Source of the DNA: Heptranchias perlo | Taxonomy: Eukaryota | Assembly (NCBI RefSeq): GCF_035084215.1 | Contig: NC_090352.1 | Span: 27,652,001 to 27,716,000 of the forward strand | Direction of reading: 5' to 3' | Length of the DNA: 64,000 bases | In this document: piece after piece, positions 11,803 to 23,860 of the stretch | Layout of the letters: each line of letters begins with the position of its first letter | Position numbering within the stretch: the first letter of the stretch is position 1 | Notes under the pieces: model-generated | What the model was told of the DNA's origin: nothing | The model's input: the letters and a program-made list of their open reading frames with translations, nothing else | Database searches by the model: none | Position numbers and translations under genes: made by a program

Positions 11803-12579
11803 TCGCATTATGAGCATTGAAATCATAATCGATGCCCCTCTCACAATACAGTCCTGCTACGAGTGACAGTCCTGACTTCAGTGGCAATGCAATAATGTAG
11901 ATGAAGTGGCATTTCTGACTCTGGAGGTGGGGGGGGGGGATGGAAGAACAAGCTGAATTTTTACTGCTGCGGATGTGCTTAATGATATTCACATTACTGG
12001 CTTGTACAGATCATCCCCAACTATCAGGGAAGATCTAGTAAATAGAAATGAAAGTAGCCACAACTACAACCTACAGGTAACTGCAGATTGTGTATCCACA
12101 GTTTTTTTAGAGGCTGTTACCGCTGGTGCTGTGGAACCTGCTCCACAACGTAAATGAGCAGATTCCACAGCACCGAGAGCACCAGCATAATACAGTAGAA
12201 CAGTGATGTCTAAGAGGTGGCCCATTGGCTAAATATGGCTTGGGAATTTTGTCAATCTGGCCCTCAAAGTTCCTGCAGTTTCCCTTCTTTGTGCTTTAAG
12301 TGCAAAGTTGACTTTAGCACCGTTACAAGTTCGGGCCTGCCATAGATATCTTCTCAGGTTTCAGTGGCATCAGTCACTCCCATGAGCGGTCTGAGGGTCC
12401 TACTTTTATGGAGCTTGACTCACAATTCCCTATATCTACTTGCATGATAGGATAACCCAGGGGTTTAATAATAACACCCTCCGTGATCTGAACCAAATAT
12501 TCGTGTCTTGCACATGTGTACTTTGTCTCTGAAAGCAGACTGAGCAAACACTTGGTGAGACAAAGCCTGATACAAATTG

Positions 12580-12787
12580 ATAAGTGCTTTATTTCACAGT
12601 AAAGTGAACATACAGAATGGCAGTTATGATCAGACTCACTTAATTCAAACACTACAATTATCTTTTTGCAATAATACAAAATGAAGAATACACCATGCTT
12701 CCCCACATTAGTCGGTTATCTGACTTGACTTAAAACAAAATCATTTGTCACCATTCTTTCCTGCAACCATACCTTCTTGCAACTCTT
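12580..12787. repeat. Diverged direct repeat, copy 2
   Basis: Same blocks as 11620-11802, with small indels. Confidence 0.85.
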
Positions 12788-12825
12788 TGTTGACTGACCA
12801 CCTCACAGCATTCTGTTTCAATCAC

Positions 12826-12985
12826 GATGTGGAGATGCCGGTGATGGACTGGGGTTGACAATTGTAAACAATTTTACAACACCAAGTTATAGTCCAGCAA
12901 TTTTATTTTAAATTTTATTTTAAATTCAGTGAATTTAAAATAAAATTGCTGGACTATAACTTGGTGTTGTAAAATTGTTTACAAA
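12826..12985. mobile_element. 160-bp fold-back Penelope-derived mini-insertion with 12-bp target-site duplication
   Basis: 12929-12984 is identical to 30425-30480; 12862-12914 is the perfect reverse complement of 12932-12984; TGTTTCAATCAC flanks at 12814-12825 and 12986-12997. Confidence 0.9.
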
Positions 12986-13574
12986 TGTTTCAATCACAGC
13001 ATCCTGTTTCAAAAAACCTCTGCTTGACTGCCTGCCTTTGTGTGTTCTCTTGCTGTTCATAGCCAGAAAACAAAGACCTGCCAGACCTCCTGCTGAGCAC
13101 CCAGGGCCAGCAACTCCCCAAAACAATGGACTTAAGGTTAAATTGCTAATTATTTACAGTCTGTGATGAAACAACATCAAAGCTAGCTCCTTAGCATTGT
13201 ATCTATCCATTATCTCAGACCCACTTTTAAAATCTTGAATATGCATTACCATTCTTTAAACAGTAACTCTTTTTCACAATCCTTTCTGTGGTAAAAAAAA
13301 TCCAAAAATGTGACAAGCTCCTTCTAGCTGTTTAAACTTCCTGGGCCTGGAGTACTGATAAAGGCTGCTCTCTGTTTGAAGGATTTCAATTCATCAGGGA
13401 GAGGCCGTGACCACTTTTCCGGAGCCGGCAGTTTTAAAGAGCTGCAGCATTCTTTTCCACTCCCCGTGCTGCTTTAGATCTCTCTCGCTACCCATGGCCA
13501 TAAAGGACACGTCTTTTTTAGTCTTTTATATCCTTGAAAATAATGGAATCGTCCTAAAGATGTGCTGTGATCTG

Positions 13575-13800
13575 AAAGAGGGATAGCGAAGCAAAGAGAA
13601 AGAGAAAGAGAGTGAGAAGCAGAGGTGATAGCATCAGAAGACAGAAGAGTCTAAGAGAGAGTGAGAGAGAGAGAGGGAGAGCGAGAGAGAGAAAGAACAG
13701 GAAGAGGAGAGATAAAGAACCCATAAAAAAGCTGTTCTAAGAAGAGAGAGGAAGAATGAGAAGAAGAGGAGAAGGGAAGGATCAAGGGGAAAGGAGGATG
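13575..13800. repeat. GA-rich low-complexity / (GA)n tract
   Basis: Polypurine run with (GA)n arrays. Confidence 0.85.
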
Positions 13801-15629
13801 AACCATTGCATCATCTTATTTTTCTGTGTGTAGTATAGTGTGATATGGTGGCGTGCAATAGTCTGTTCTGGTCCTATATGTTCCTATGTTCCAGTCTTGG
13901 AGAGCGACAAAGACTTACAAATTCTATTTTCGTCCCTGCAAGGAAAATATGTTTCATAATTTACCCAGTTACCATTATGGAAAATTAGAAAGTATTTAAA
14001 ATAATGAGATTCCTGGACTGCACTGACAAAATTCACTCACTGGGGAGTGACTGAAATAGGACCACGTTCCTTTTCATGGGTATCTGTTGTATTTGTTAAC
14101 TCAAAATATTTTTTTCTAATTTGTGATCAATTCTATTAGCTTTCCATCAGCGTAATGGAAAACAAATGTTCAAGCATGCCCTATTTTGATCAAGTGAATC
14201 ATTTCAATTTCCAAGTTTAAGAAACTATATCCGAAGACTATTATAACACAAAGGTTTCTGTCAAGAATGGAGATGTGGTTGTTCCACATCAGTGACACAG
14301 AGCAACTCTCTTCTCTGACTCACTACACATTGTTCCAGCCACAAAGGAGCTGATAAAAGCTTATGCTCCACATTCCTGTTTCCAAGAGTCTTTTTGTATT
14401 ACTTTCAATAATGGGTCATTAATTTGAAATAGAAACATTTAAATTGTGAGAGGCGTATTCTTTATTCTAACTACAAAGCACCACCAGTTCAAATGCATCA
14501 CCCACAATTTACTGTTCTCACCCTGGTGATTGTCATAACCATTCACGTTAGACAACAAGGCACTGATTTTTCGGTTATGTAACCATCCAGGTCAGTAAAG
14601 CTTCTGTTGCAGAAGATGTTTCCTCATTTTCAGTTTTTAAAATTGCATTTGAAATTAGAGTGCAGTCAATAACAATTTTCTACTAAACCTCATTATAGCT
14701 TTATGGGATCCAATAATCAAAGCAGTGTTATGCAACCAAAGACTAATTTTCACCTCCCAAAGCTTCCATAAGGTGGCACCCTCCAATATCACTGCTACAG
14801 CAATATAACCCTTTGTTTTTTTGGCCTTTATTGTGACAGACAGGCAAAGAGTCACATTGATGAAATCACAGATCAATAACACCACGTAAAACCCATCCTT
14901 GTGGACAGGGCCAGGTGACTTGCAAGATTTTTCTACAAAGTGACGCAGCCTCTTTAAATTCTCTGTTTACATTTCTTTGCAGTAGAAACCCAGTAGAATT
15001 TTATTTCTCTGATGCAACTATATGAAAGGTATGGAAATACTCATGGGCACTGAATTGTCCTTCAATCAGTTATTGAATTATAGTCACTTTGAAAACTCTC
15101 TTTGGGTTTCATAAAGTATTTATTTGTATCTTTTTAGTGCCCAGAGATACAATCACTACAACATGTTCTGTTTAAGACCCTTTCACAATTCATTCTCTAT
15201 ATAATGTTCTGTCTAGGTTAAATTTGTAAAATAGTTATTGTATATACACTTGATCTGGTTAATTAGTTATGTCATGCAGATTATCAAAGAAACAAATCAT
15301 CAATATTATAGTTCTGGTCCAAAAATGTTTATAAATAAATTCATTTCTGTATAATTTAGACCAGGTTAGGGCTTGTCCTCAGAATCTACTGGCCAAATGA
15401 TTTATACAGGTGTAAAGGAAGGTTAGTCATTCATTTGAATAGCACATTTGATGATGACTATGTGGCCTGAGGGATAGTGTAGATGAGGAGATCAGCAAAT
15501 TGTAGATCTAATTTCTGCTGCGGTTAATTTGCTTTAAAATCTCTAGGTTGCCTATTGTTGTCAACTGGATTGGGAGAATACACTCAGTTTCCAAACCAAA
15601 TCACACTGTCACGTTCTAGGGCCAGTTGA

Positions 15630-16870
15630 TCTATGCTTCCAATTTCCACCCATTCTTCACCTTCACACGGTCTATCTCGGACTACTTCCTTCCCCTTCTG
15701 AACCTCGCTCTCTGGTGATGGGCTTTTCACTGAAATCTGTTACAAGCCCACTGACTCCCATAACTACCTGGAGTCCATTTCTTCTCACCCCATATCCTGT
15801 AAAGACTCCATCCCATTCTCCCGCTTTCTCCATCTCAGTCGTGAGTGCACTGTTACTGCTACCTTCGCACCAGGAATGTCCCTTTTTTCCTCAGCCGAGG
15901 ACTCCCCTCGACTGTGGTCAATGAAACCCTTTGCTGGGTCGGTCCCATTTACCATGCTTCTGCCCTGCACCCCCTCCCTCTCTTCTCACAACCTATCCCA
16001 GTACCCTCTGCATTCGCCAAATCATCTACCGCCATGTCCACTACCTACATGATCCCACCACCAAACATATTGTCTCCTTCCCTCCCCTTTCCGCTTTCCG
16101 GAGCGATCGTTCCCTCCCCAAACCCTGCTTCATTCTTGTAGCATCCCTACTTCCAGCTGCCTTTTCCCCACCACCTTCTCATGCAAGTGTAGGAGATGCA
16201 ACACCTGCCATTTCACCTCCTCCCAGGCCAAACACTCCTTCCATGTGAGACAACAATTTACGAGTACTTTCTCTAATCGAGCATGCTGTATTTGCTGCTC
16301 ATGGTGCAGCCTCCTCTACATTGGGGAAACCAAACGCAGATTAGGTGACCACTTTACTGAACACCTCCATCCAAGTGCGACCTTACGCTACCTGTGACTC
16401 GCCATTTTAAGTCCCACTCCCATTCCCACTCTGACTTCTATGCCATTGTTCCTATGAAGCTCAATGCAACCGTCTGATCTGAACATTAACTTCAGTAACT
16501 TCACCTTAACTATATCCTCATTTTCAATTTCATTTTTGACCCCTAGATTTTCCTTCTCTCCCATTTTCTCACATTTTCCCAGGACTTTAATGTCTTAATG
16601 TTTCTGTCCATTACTTGACTGAAGTTATGATCATTCATAATTGCTCTCTGGGTTTGTCTGATTTTTGACATATATATTTTTCCCTCCCCTTTTTCTGATT
16701 GCTTTAATATGACTGCCTGCCGCTTACATTTTAGTTCTGAACATGGCCTGCGCCTGAAACGTTAACTTGTCTGTTCTCTCCGCAGATGCTGTCTGACCTG
16801 TTGTGTGTTTCTAGCCTTTTCTGTTTTTGTTCAGATTTACAATAACTGGGGTATTGTGCTTTTTACTTTT
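15630..16870 (+). mobile_element. Decayed Penelope-like element (family B): RT C-terminus, GIY-YIG region and pLTR
   Basis: Homologous to the reverse complement of 35105-36230 (KPTDSH, SHP..CKDSIPFS, YIGETKR); ends with CTGAAACGTTAACT..CAGATGCTG-CTGACCTG. Confidence 0.8.
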
Positions 16871-19419
16871 TGCCAATGAGAAGTGTCATCATTGTTTTGT
16901 AGGGAAGAATATGAAGTATGATACTTTTGAACCTTGTCTGAGATAGGTTTGACCAGAAAAACGCACCCAGCTATATTCAAGGAATTCCCATATGTATCTT
17001 TCCGTTATTCCCACATCCCAGCATCCCCTCGCAAAAGGCAACTTTCATCATGAGCAATGCCACAGGAGATATGCTAGCGTATTCTTAAAGCTGCCCTGAG
17101 AAATGTTTCTGTCGGTTTCATGAACTTCAGATGATGTTAACAGTTCCTGTGATTAGTAAACAAAGATCCATTTTAGGATTACGCCACATTCAGTGTTTCC
17201 TGGATTAGGTCTACTCCATCAGCAATTTGGGGATATTTTTGACAAAGAAGTGCAGCAATGTAGGATTGCATATTAAGCAAGAATCTCCAACCTCTAGTAC
17301 GTTTTTCTTACCCACGATTTGAAATGACTTACCCCTCTCACACTGTTAGTCATATTACCAATACACTATTTTACTCAAGTTAAAAATCTGAGACAATTTT
17401 GTCCTGTATTTAATTATCACATTTCACTTCTTTCACAAGGAACGCAACACATTTCAATGTGAAGAGGTGTTAAAACATTCCGAGTGTGAGCAGCCGACTG
17501 GAGGGGATAAAAAGCTGACTGACTCACCACCTCAAACGTCACCACCTCTCAGATCCTGCAACTGAAATTCTCTCTGATTATAAATGAAGTTAAACTATCT
17601 TGTAAAGCACTCTTGATTGGAGCTGGAAATGAATTCATCCAATCTGATTAACGTTGCAGTTCAGTTTAGAATACTAATATCGCCTCTAGTTGATGCACAC
17701 ACAAGTGATGCAATGATGTCTTTGCAGTGCTAGGAAGACTTTGTATTGCGAATGTGGTTATTGTTTATAAACAAACAGGAAAAGCTTCACCAGCCGCAAT
17801 TTCTAAACATAAAAAATCAGATTGCCGACAGAAATGATGAGGTTTCTAAAAAAAAATCGATCTGTTCAGTTTTTGCAATAAAGAGTAAAGAACTGTTTGC
17901 ATTGGATTTGGAAGACTGGCTTTCAATCACATGATGACTGGAGGAACAAACTGGCTTCATGTACTTTGGGGCAATTTAAAAAAAAATTATAGCAGTTCAC
18001 CAGAAGATGCAATTGGTACATTCTGAACATTTCCCTTGGTTAATGGCACAAGTAATTGGTTGAGCAACATGAAGGGGGGAATATCAAAGCTCCAGTTTTT
18101 AGGCTGAAGTTCCCCACACACTTCCTCCACTGAGCTATGATGTCATGGAGCCAGTGATATATGTAGGATCAATGTTTTCCCGTGGGTGGGGGAAAGAGGG
18201 TGAGCCATCTTTGACCACTGTTGCCCATCTCCGAGCATCCAGTAACAAAACAGCATTAGCAGAAGCCTAGAAATAGGATTCCAGCCTGCTGCCTTGGCCA
18301 CAGCTGTGGGCTGATCAACAGAAGTGAAGGGGCCAAAATAGTGACAAAGGGTAAGTAAGAGTAATGCTAAGTAAGAAAAAGTACTTACATCCTGTCACAC
18401 TTGGAGAAATCCTCCAGCCATAGAACTGTCCAGGATACAAACTAATGGGCCCACCAGTGTACTACAGGTTTCAGTGTTTTACACATGTTTAATTGCAGAG
18501 ACTATGAGGCTCATTTATTTCATCCTTGCATAGAAACCCATGATCTCTCCCTCAGTGTTTATCACCACCTTGAATAATTCTAGAGTTTTTGCCCCCACTA
18601 CCCAACAGAGAAGACAGTTTCAGGTATTAATCACTCTGTGTGAAGAATTGCTTTATGAGATCTGTCCTGAACTTGCCTTTAACCAGTTTTTAAAAAATAA
18701 ATCTATGTCTGTATCCTGTTTCAGGATATTTTGGATTATTTTTCTTTCGAAATGACTTGGAAAAGAGTTACATCGAAATATGCGTTTTAGACGCAAAGTT
18801 ATTCATACAAGTTTTTAAAAAAGCACTGAGACTAAAGGTGGTTAGAACACTAATGGACTAGGCATTAAAGTCATTTTCTCAAACACTGAAATAGCCCGTC
18901 TTAGTATTCAATTAATACTTCATACCCACTGTGTTGGAAGTTCCCTGGTTACAGGTACTCAGCAGGTTTGTTTGGCATAGGCCTTCCCCTTGGGTTGTAA
19001 ACACAGGGAAATAAAAAGAGAGAGAAAAACAAAAATTCACCAACGGTCACACAATCAGGTTTTTAAATAGAAGGATGCAAGCATAAACTTTTGCCAGACT
19101 CAGAAGATTAGAATGCAGAGGGGTAGTTAGAAATTATTTTCAAGCAAGACAACCCACTGATGTGGGGAAACATAGCATATTCATTATTTTGTATTACTAC
19201 ATGACAGCATGCTGTGCTGATTGAATTAAGTGAATCTCATCATAATTATTGTTCTGTATGTTCACTTGCTGCTTTGAGAAATGAAACAACTTAATGATTT
19301 TTACCTGATCACTTCTCACCAAGTGTTTTTTCGTTCTGCTGTTGAAACGATTGGAGTGGTGCATGCAGGGGCATGAGCAAATGACACACATATCCAGTTC
19401 AGATCACAAGGGGTTTCTA

Positions 19420-20700
19420 TTGTTAATTTGAAATAGTGCTCAAGATTAGCCTTTTCTATTCCACTTCGTATCTTATAAATCTCTATAAGGCCCTTTGATT
19501 CAGCTCCCTTCAAGGTTGAAAAGTCAAGGTTTTTCTAACCTTTTCTCATAACTCAATTCTCTGACACTAAAACAGTTTCATGGCCCTTCTCAGCATTGCT
19601 TCCAGAGCTTGGATTCATTGGCCACAATGTAATGCAGTATTCAAGCTATAGCCTGACCAGAGCACCCAAGGAGCTTCAGCAAGGCAGTCTGATACTTACA
19701 CTGTATGGATTTGGTAACATAGCTCAGCAGTCTGTTTACTTTGTTACTTATTGACCTGCAATGACTGGACATGGTCAGTGTAGAGTCCACTATCAAACCC
19801 ACATCTCTTTCAACCTCTAGTTGATTCAATAATATTTTTCTTCTGATGTGTAACACCTTGCACATCTGTTTTGAATGTCATATGCCATGGTTGTGCTCAC
19901 TTGTGAATATTATCTAAGTCTTTCTATAATTCCTTAGCTGCTTTGCTATTATAATTCTTAATGTTGCATTTGACTGATATAGCTATGCTCATTTATTGTC
20001 CCTTTGCTCATCTGACTGTCTTCTTACATTTTTTTGGAGGTCCCTGTATTCAGTGATTTCCTTCAGCTTTTTTTCTAACAGATAATTGTAGAATTTGCTT
20101 TTCTTATTTATTTCTTGTTGTACTGTATTATTAATCAATTTAAAGTCATTCTGTACTTATTACTTCTTGGTGTGTATTTATCCTGAATTCGAGTGGAATA
20201 TCCAAAGTATATTCCATTTGTCAACTTAAGTTTCCTTGAGTACTACCCCCCTCCCACAGTTGATTTATTTAAGCTTTTCCCTCCTTGCTATGAAGTTGGC
20301 CCTCGAGTATTGGCTTGCAGTACTACTTTATCCTAGATTATGTGAAATGTAATCATGTTATGGTCGTCATTGCTCAGGAATGCTACTACTTCTGTCGCCG
20401 ATGTGCTTTCTGGGTTACTTGTCATTTCCAGGTCGAGATGGCATCCCTAACTCAATGGGCCATAAAGCAGTCACACATTTACTAACTCAGATTCTAGATC
20501 GCTTGGGCAATTGCAGTTTATATTACTTTGGTTAAAGTTTGGTTAAAGTCCCCCATTAGTATGACCTTTCTGTTTACGTACACCTTACTTCTGACCTTCT
20601 TGTTGGAAAGTTCATCTTGTACCAGTAGGTCTGCTTCCTTTATCTGCTAAGTTTCCTTGACATAGAGTTACTCATCTTCTTTCTTGCCTAGTCTGTCCTT
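19420..20700 (-). mobile_element. Very old CR1-type LINE remnants (RT C-terminus and endonuclease pieces)
   Basis: CKVLHI, ERDVGLIVDSTLTMS, GLIEIYKI; endonuclease motif LMGDFN at 20542-20559. Confidence 0.6.
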
Positions 20701-20791
20701 CCTGCACACTCAAAATTGGAAATTAACCATGGCCCTCAATTTCCTCATTAGCTTCAGCATTAATGTTGTTGTTACACCAGATATTGGGCTG

Positions 20792-20874
20792 AAAAGATTG
20801 AGGAAATTTGTGTTTTAGCACATTTGGTACATTTACGCCATTATTGCACTAAACGCAAGTTTCCTCAATCTTTT
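20792..20874. repeat. 83-bp imperfect hairpin (probable MITE remnant)
   Basis: AAAAGATTGAGGAAA (20792-20806) pairs perfectly with TTTCCTCAATCTTTT (20860-20874); imperfect pairing continues inward. Confidence 0.7.
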
Positions 20875-20940
20875 TATCAGTGCAGATCTTACATCCCTCA
20901 AAGCCTCTCAGGGATCATTTGCATAGCTGCAATGTTCAAG

Positions 20941-21040
20941 TCCAGTTCTGATGAAGGGTCTGCACCTGAAACATTAACCAGTCTTTTCTCTTTTCAGATC
21001 CTGTGCATTTCCAGCATTTTCTGTTTTCATTTTTATTTTT
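20941..21040 (+). mobile_element. Penelope family-B pLTR fragment with degenerate hammerhead core
   Basis: CAGTT-CTGATGA-AGGGT-CTGC-ACCT-GAAACATT-AAC, then TTTCCAGCATTTTCTGTTTT as at 36891-37030. Confidence 0.7.
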
Positions 21041-22224
21041 CTTTGCGATAGCGTTTGGCAAACCTTATTAGTTTGTTTTCAAATGCAACACAAAGACATC
21101 AGTTACACCAAAAGTTATCACTACATCAATTCCATGTAACATCATCATGTTGAAAGTAATGTATGTTTTTTTCTGGATCGCCTTTCTTCACAAGCAAAAA
21201 ATGGTTTGCCAAACAATTTTTTCATGAATGCAGCACTCCTTTAAGAGAGGCGCTCTAGATTGGAAGCTTCAAATGTTTAAAGTCACTGCATTTATGAAAA
21301 TGCAAACAGATCCGCATTGCTACCATGCTGCTGGAATCCTTCCCCTCCCCTACAGCTGACCTAGTGTTTCTAACCATGAGCTTGTGTCTTCAACAAGAGA
21401 AATTGATGATGGTTGTGGCCCTTTCAAGAGCCAGGTCATAAAATATATATTTCAAATGGTGCCGTCTCTTATCTCTTGATAAGAATGTAGTCAATGTTGT
21501 GAAATCCAATGTTTTTTTGGTGTGTTTGAAGGAAGTTGCAAGGTCAGACTGATTTATGCAGTACCCATAAAATAATATTTAACCTCATGTTTACACACAA
21601 CTCCACAATCCGCAAGCTCAACTACATGCAATTAGCAGTCCCCACCACTTACACCGCCCACGGTTATTGTGGGCAACTGTCTACACCGGGCAATTATTGC
21701 CAGCCATTTGCCATTCCCATAGCTGTCAATAACACCGCTTATACCATATTAAGCACTCCATCATTTCGGGCAGGCTCAGATGTCCAATCAGCCATTTTCA
21801 ACTCGTTAAGGTGTGGTTATCTTGGTTAATTAATTCCCTGTCATTGGTGCTGGGTTGAAGCTTTCAGTGTAATACAATTACAATTTCAATACAATTACAT
21901 GCTCTGTAATTTATAAGTTATTGTTTTTTTTAAGCAAGTGTGTCTTAAAGAAAGATTTTTTGAAACTGAATACACGCTGATTTACTTTGTTCACTGGTGA
22001 TTTGGCCTGCTGGGAGATAATGGCACTACATAGGGGTTACATTTTGGGAGTTGGCGCCCCTATAACAGAGCTTCATGTGATGGGAGTACATAAGGAATTA
22101 ATTAATGTATGGAAAGTTGTGTGGGCTGTGAATCAGGCAAGCGATCTCTTCCCGATATGTGCATCCATCATGCGAAGCTCGACATCTGGAGTGGTTAGTG
22201 ACATGATAAAAGGAAAAAGAGGCA

Positions 22225-22330
22225 GAATGAACTTGGATTTATATAGTGCCTTTCATGACTTCAGTACGTCCCAAAGCACTTCACAGCCAATGAAGTATTT
22301 TTGAAGTGTCGTCACTGCTGTAATGTAGGG
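22225..22330 (-). mobile_element. Deu-SINE 3' tail fragment
   Basis: Reverse complement of about 1715-1820. Confidence 0.75.
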
Positions 22331-22516
22331 AAGATTTCTTCTGCTTTGAACACATTTATTATTTCACTGGAAATACTCAGCAGAAGAAATCTTTCCAAAT
22401 TTCTTTCTGATGTCACTACAGGGACTAAAGGAAATCATCCCCAAAGCTAGCAAGTAATGTAGACATGGTGACAGCCACCCACTTTCCCCACACAGCTCCT
22501 TGAAGTCTCCAGCAGT

Positions 22517-23363
22517 TTAGGTGAATGGGCAAAACTGTGGCAAATGGAATTCAATGTAGACAAATGTGAGGTCATCCACTTTGGATCAAAAAAGGATAGA
22601 ACAGGGTGCTTGCTAAATGGTAAAAAGTTAAAAACAGTGGATGTCCAAAGGGACTTAGGGGTTCAGGTACATAGATCATTGAAGTGTCATGATCAGGTGC
22701 AGAAAATAATCAATAAGGCTAATGGAATGCTGGCCTTTATATCTAGAGGACTAGAGTACAAGGGGGCAAAAGTTATGCTGCAGCTATACAAAACCCTGGT
22801 TAGACCGCACCTGGAGTACTGTGAGCAGTTCTGGGCACCGCACCTTCGGAAGGATATATTGGCCTTGGAGGGAGTGCAGCGTAGGTTTACTAGAATGATA
22901 CCTGGACTTCAAGGGTTAAGTTATGAGAGATTACACAAATTGGGGTTGTATTCTCTAGAGTTTAGAAGGTTAAGGGGTGATCTGATCAAAGTTTATAAGA
23001 TATTAAGGGGAACAGATAGGGTGGATAGAGAGAAACTATTTCCGCTGGCTGGGGATTCTAGGAGTAGGGGGCACAGTCTAAAATTTAGAGCCAGACCTTT
23101 CAGGAGTGAGATTAGAAAACATTTCTACACACAAAGGGTGGTAGAAGTTTGGAACTCTCTTCCGCAAACGGCAATTGATACTAGCTCAATTGCTAAATTT
23201 AAATCTGCGATAGATAGCTTTTTGGTAACCAAAGGTATTAAGGGATATTGGCCAAAGGCAGGTATATGGAGCTAGATCACAGATCAGCCATGATCTTATC
23301 AAATGGCAGTGCAGGCACGAGGGGCTGAATGGCCTACTCCTGTTCCTATATTCCTATGTTCCT
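22517..23363 (+). mobile_element. CR1 LINE 3' part, relatively young (243-aa open frame)
   Basis: WQMEFNVDKCEVIHFG, LVRPHLEYCEQFWAPH, RRLRGDLI, (TTCCTATG)n tail. Confidence 0.95.
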
Positions 23364-23494
23364 AATGCTGTTTTAGGACTGGTACTCGAGTGGGTTCATC
23401 ACAACTAACGAAAGCATGAATAATGTTATTAACCAAGAAACCAACCTCCAGGTATTCTATGCACACTTACATCAACACTTCATCAAATCTTCAG

Positions 23495-23860
23495 CAGATA
23501 TGATTGTTTCCAAATCTCTCCATGGCCTCGCCCCTCCCTATCTCTGTAACCTCCTCCAGCCCTACAAACCTCCAAGATATCTGCGCTCCCCCAATTCTGG
23601 CCTGTTGCGCATCCTCGGTTTTAATCACTTCATCATTGGTGGCCGTGCCTTCAGCTGTTTAGGCCCTAAGCTCTGGAATTCCCTCCCTAAACTTCTCCTA
23701 CTTCCTACCTCTCTCTCCTCCTTTAAGGTACTCCTTAAAACCTACCTCTTTGACCAAGCTTTTGGTCACCTGTCACCTGGTTCGGTCAAATTTTGTTTGA
23801 TAACGCCTTGGGAGGTTTTACTATTTTAAAGGTGCTATACAAGTGCAAATTGTTGTTGTT
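23495..23860 (+). mobile_element. L2-clade LINE 3' end
   Basis: LHGLAPPYL..LLQPY.PPRYLRS..GGRAFS..GPKLWNSLP..FK..LKTYLF; tail AAAGGTGCTATACAAGTGCAA then (TTG)n. Confidence 0.85.

Noticed and set aside
12862-12984. Hairpin as a microRNA precursor or DNA-transposon MITE
   Set aside because: The arms are Penelope pLTR sequence identical to 30425-30480, and the insertion is asymmetric
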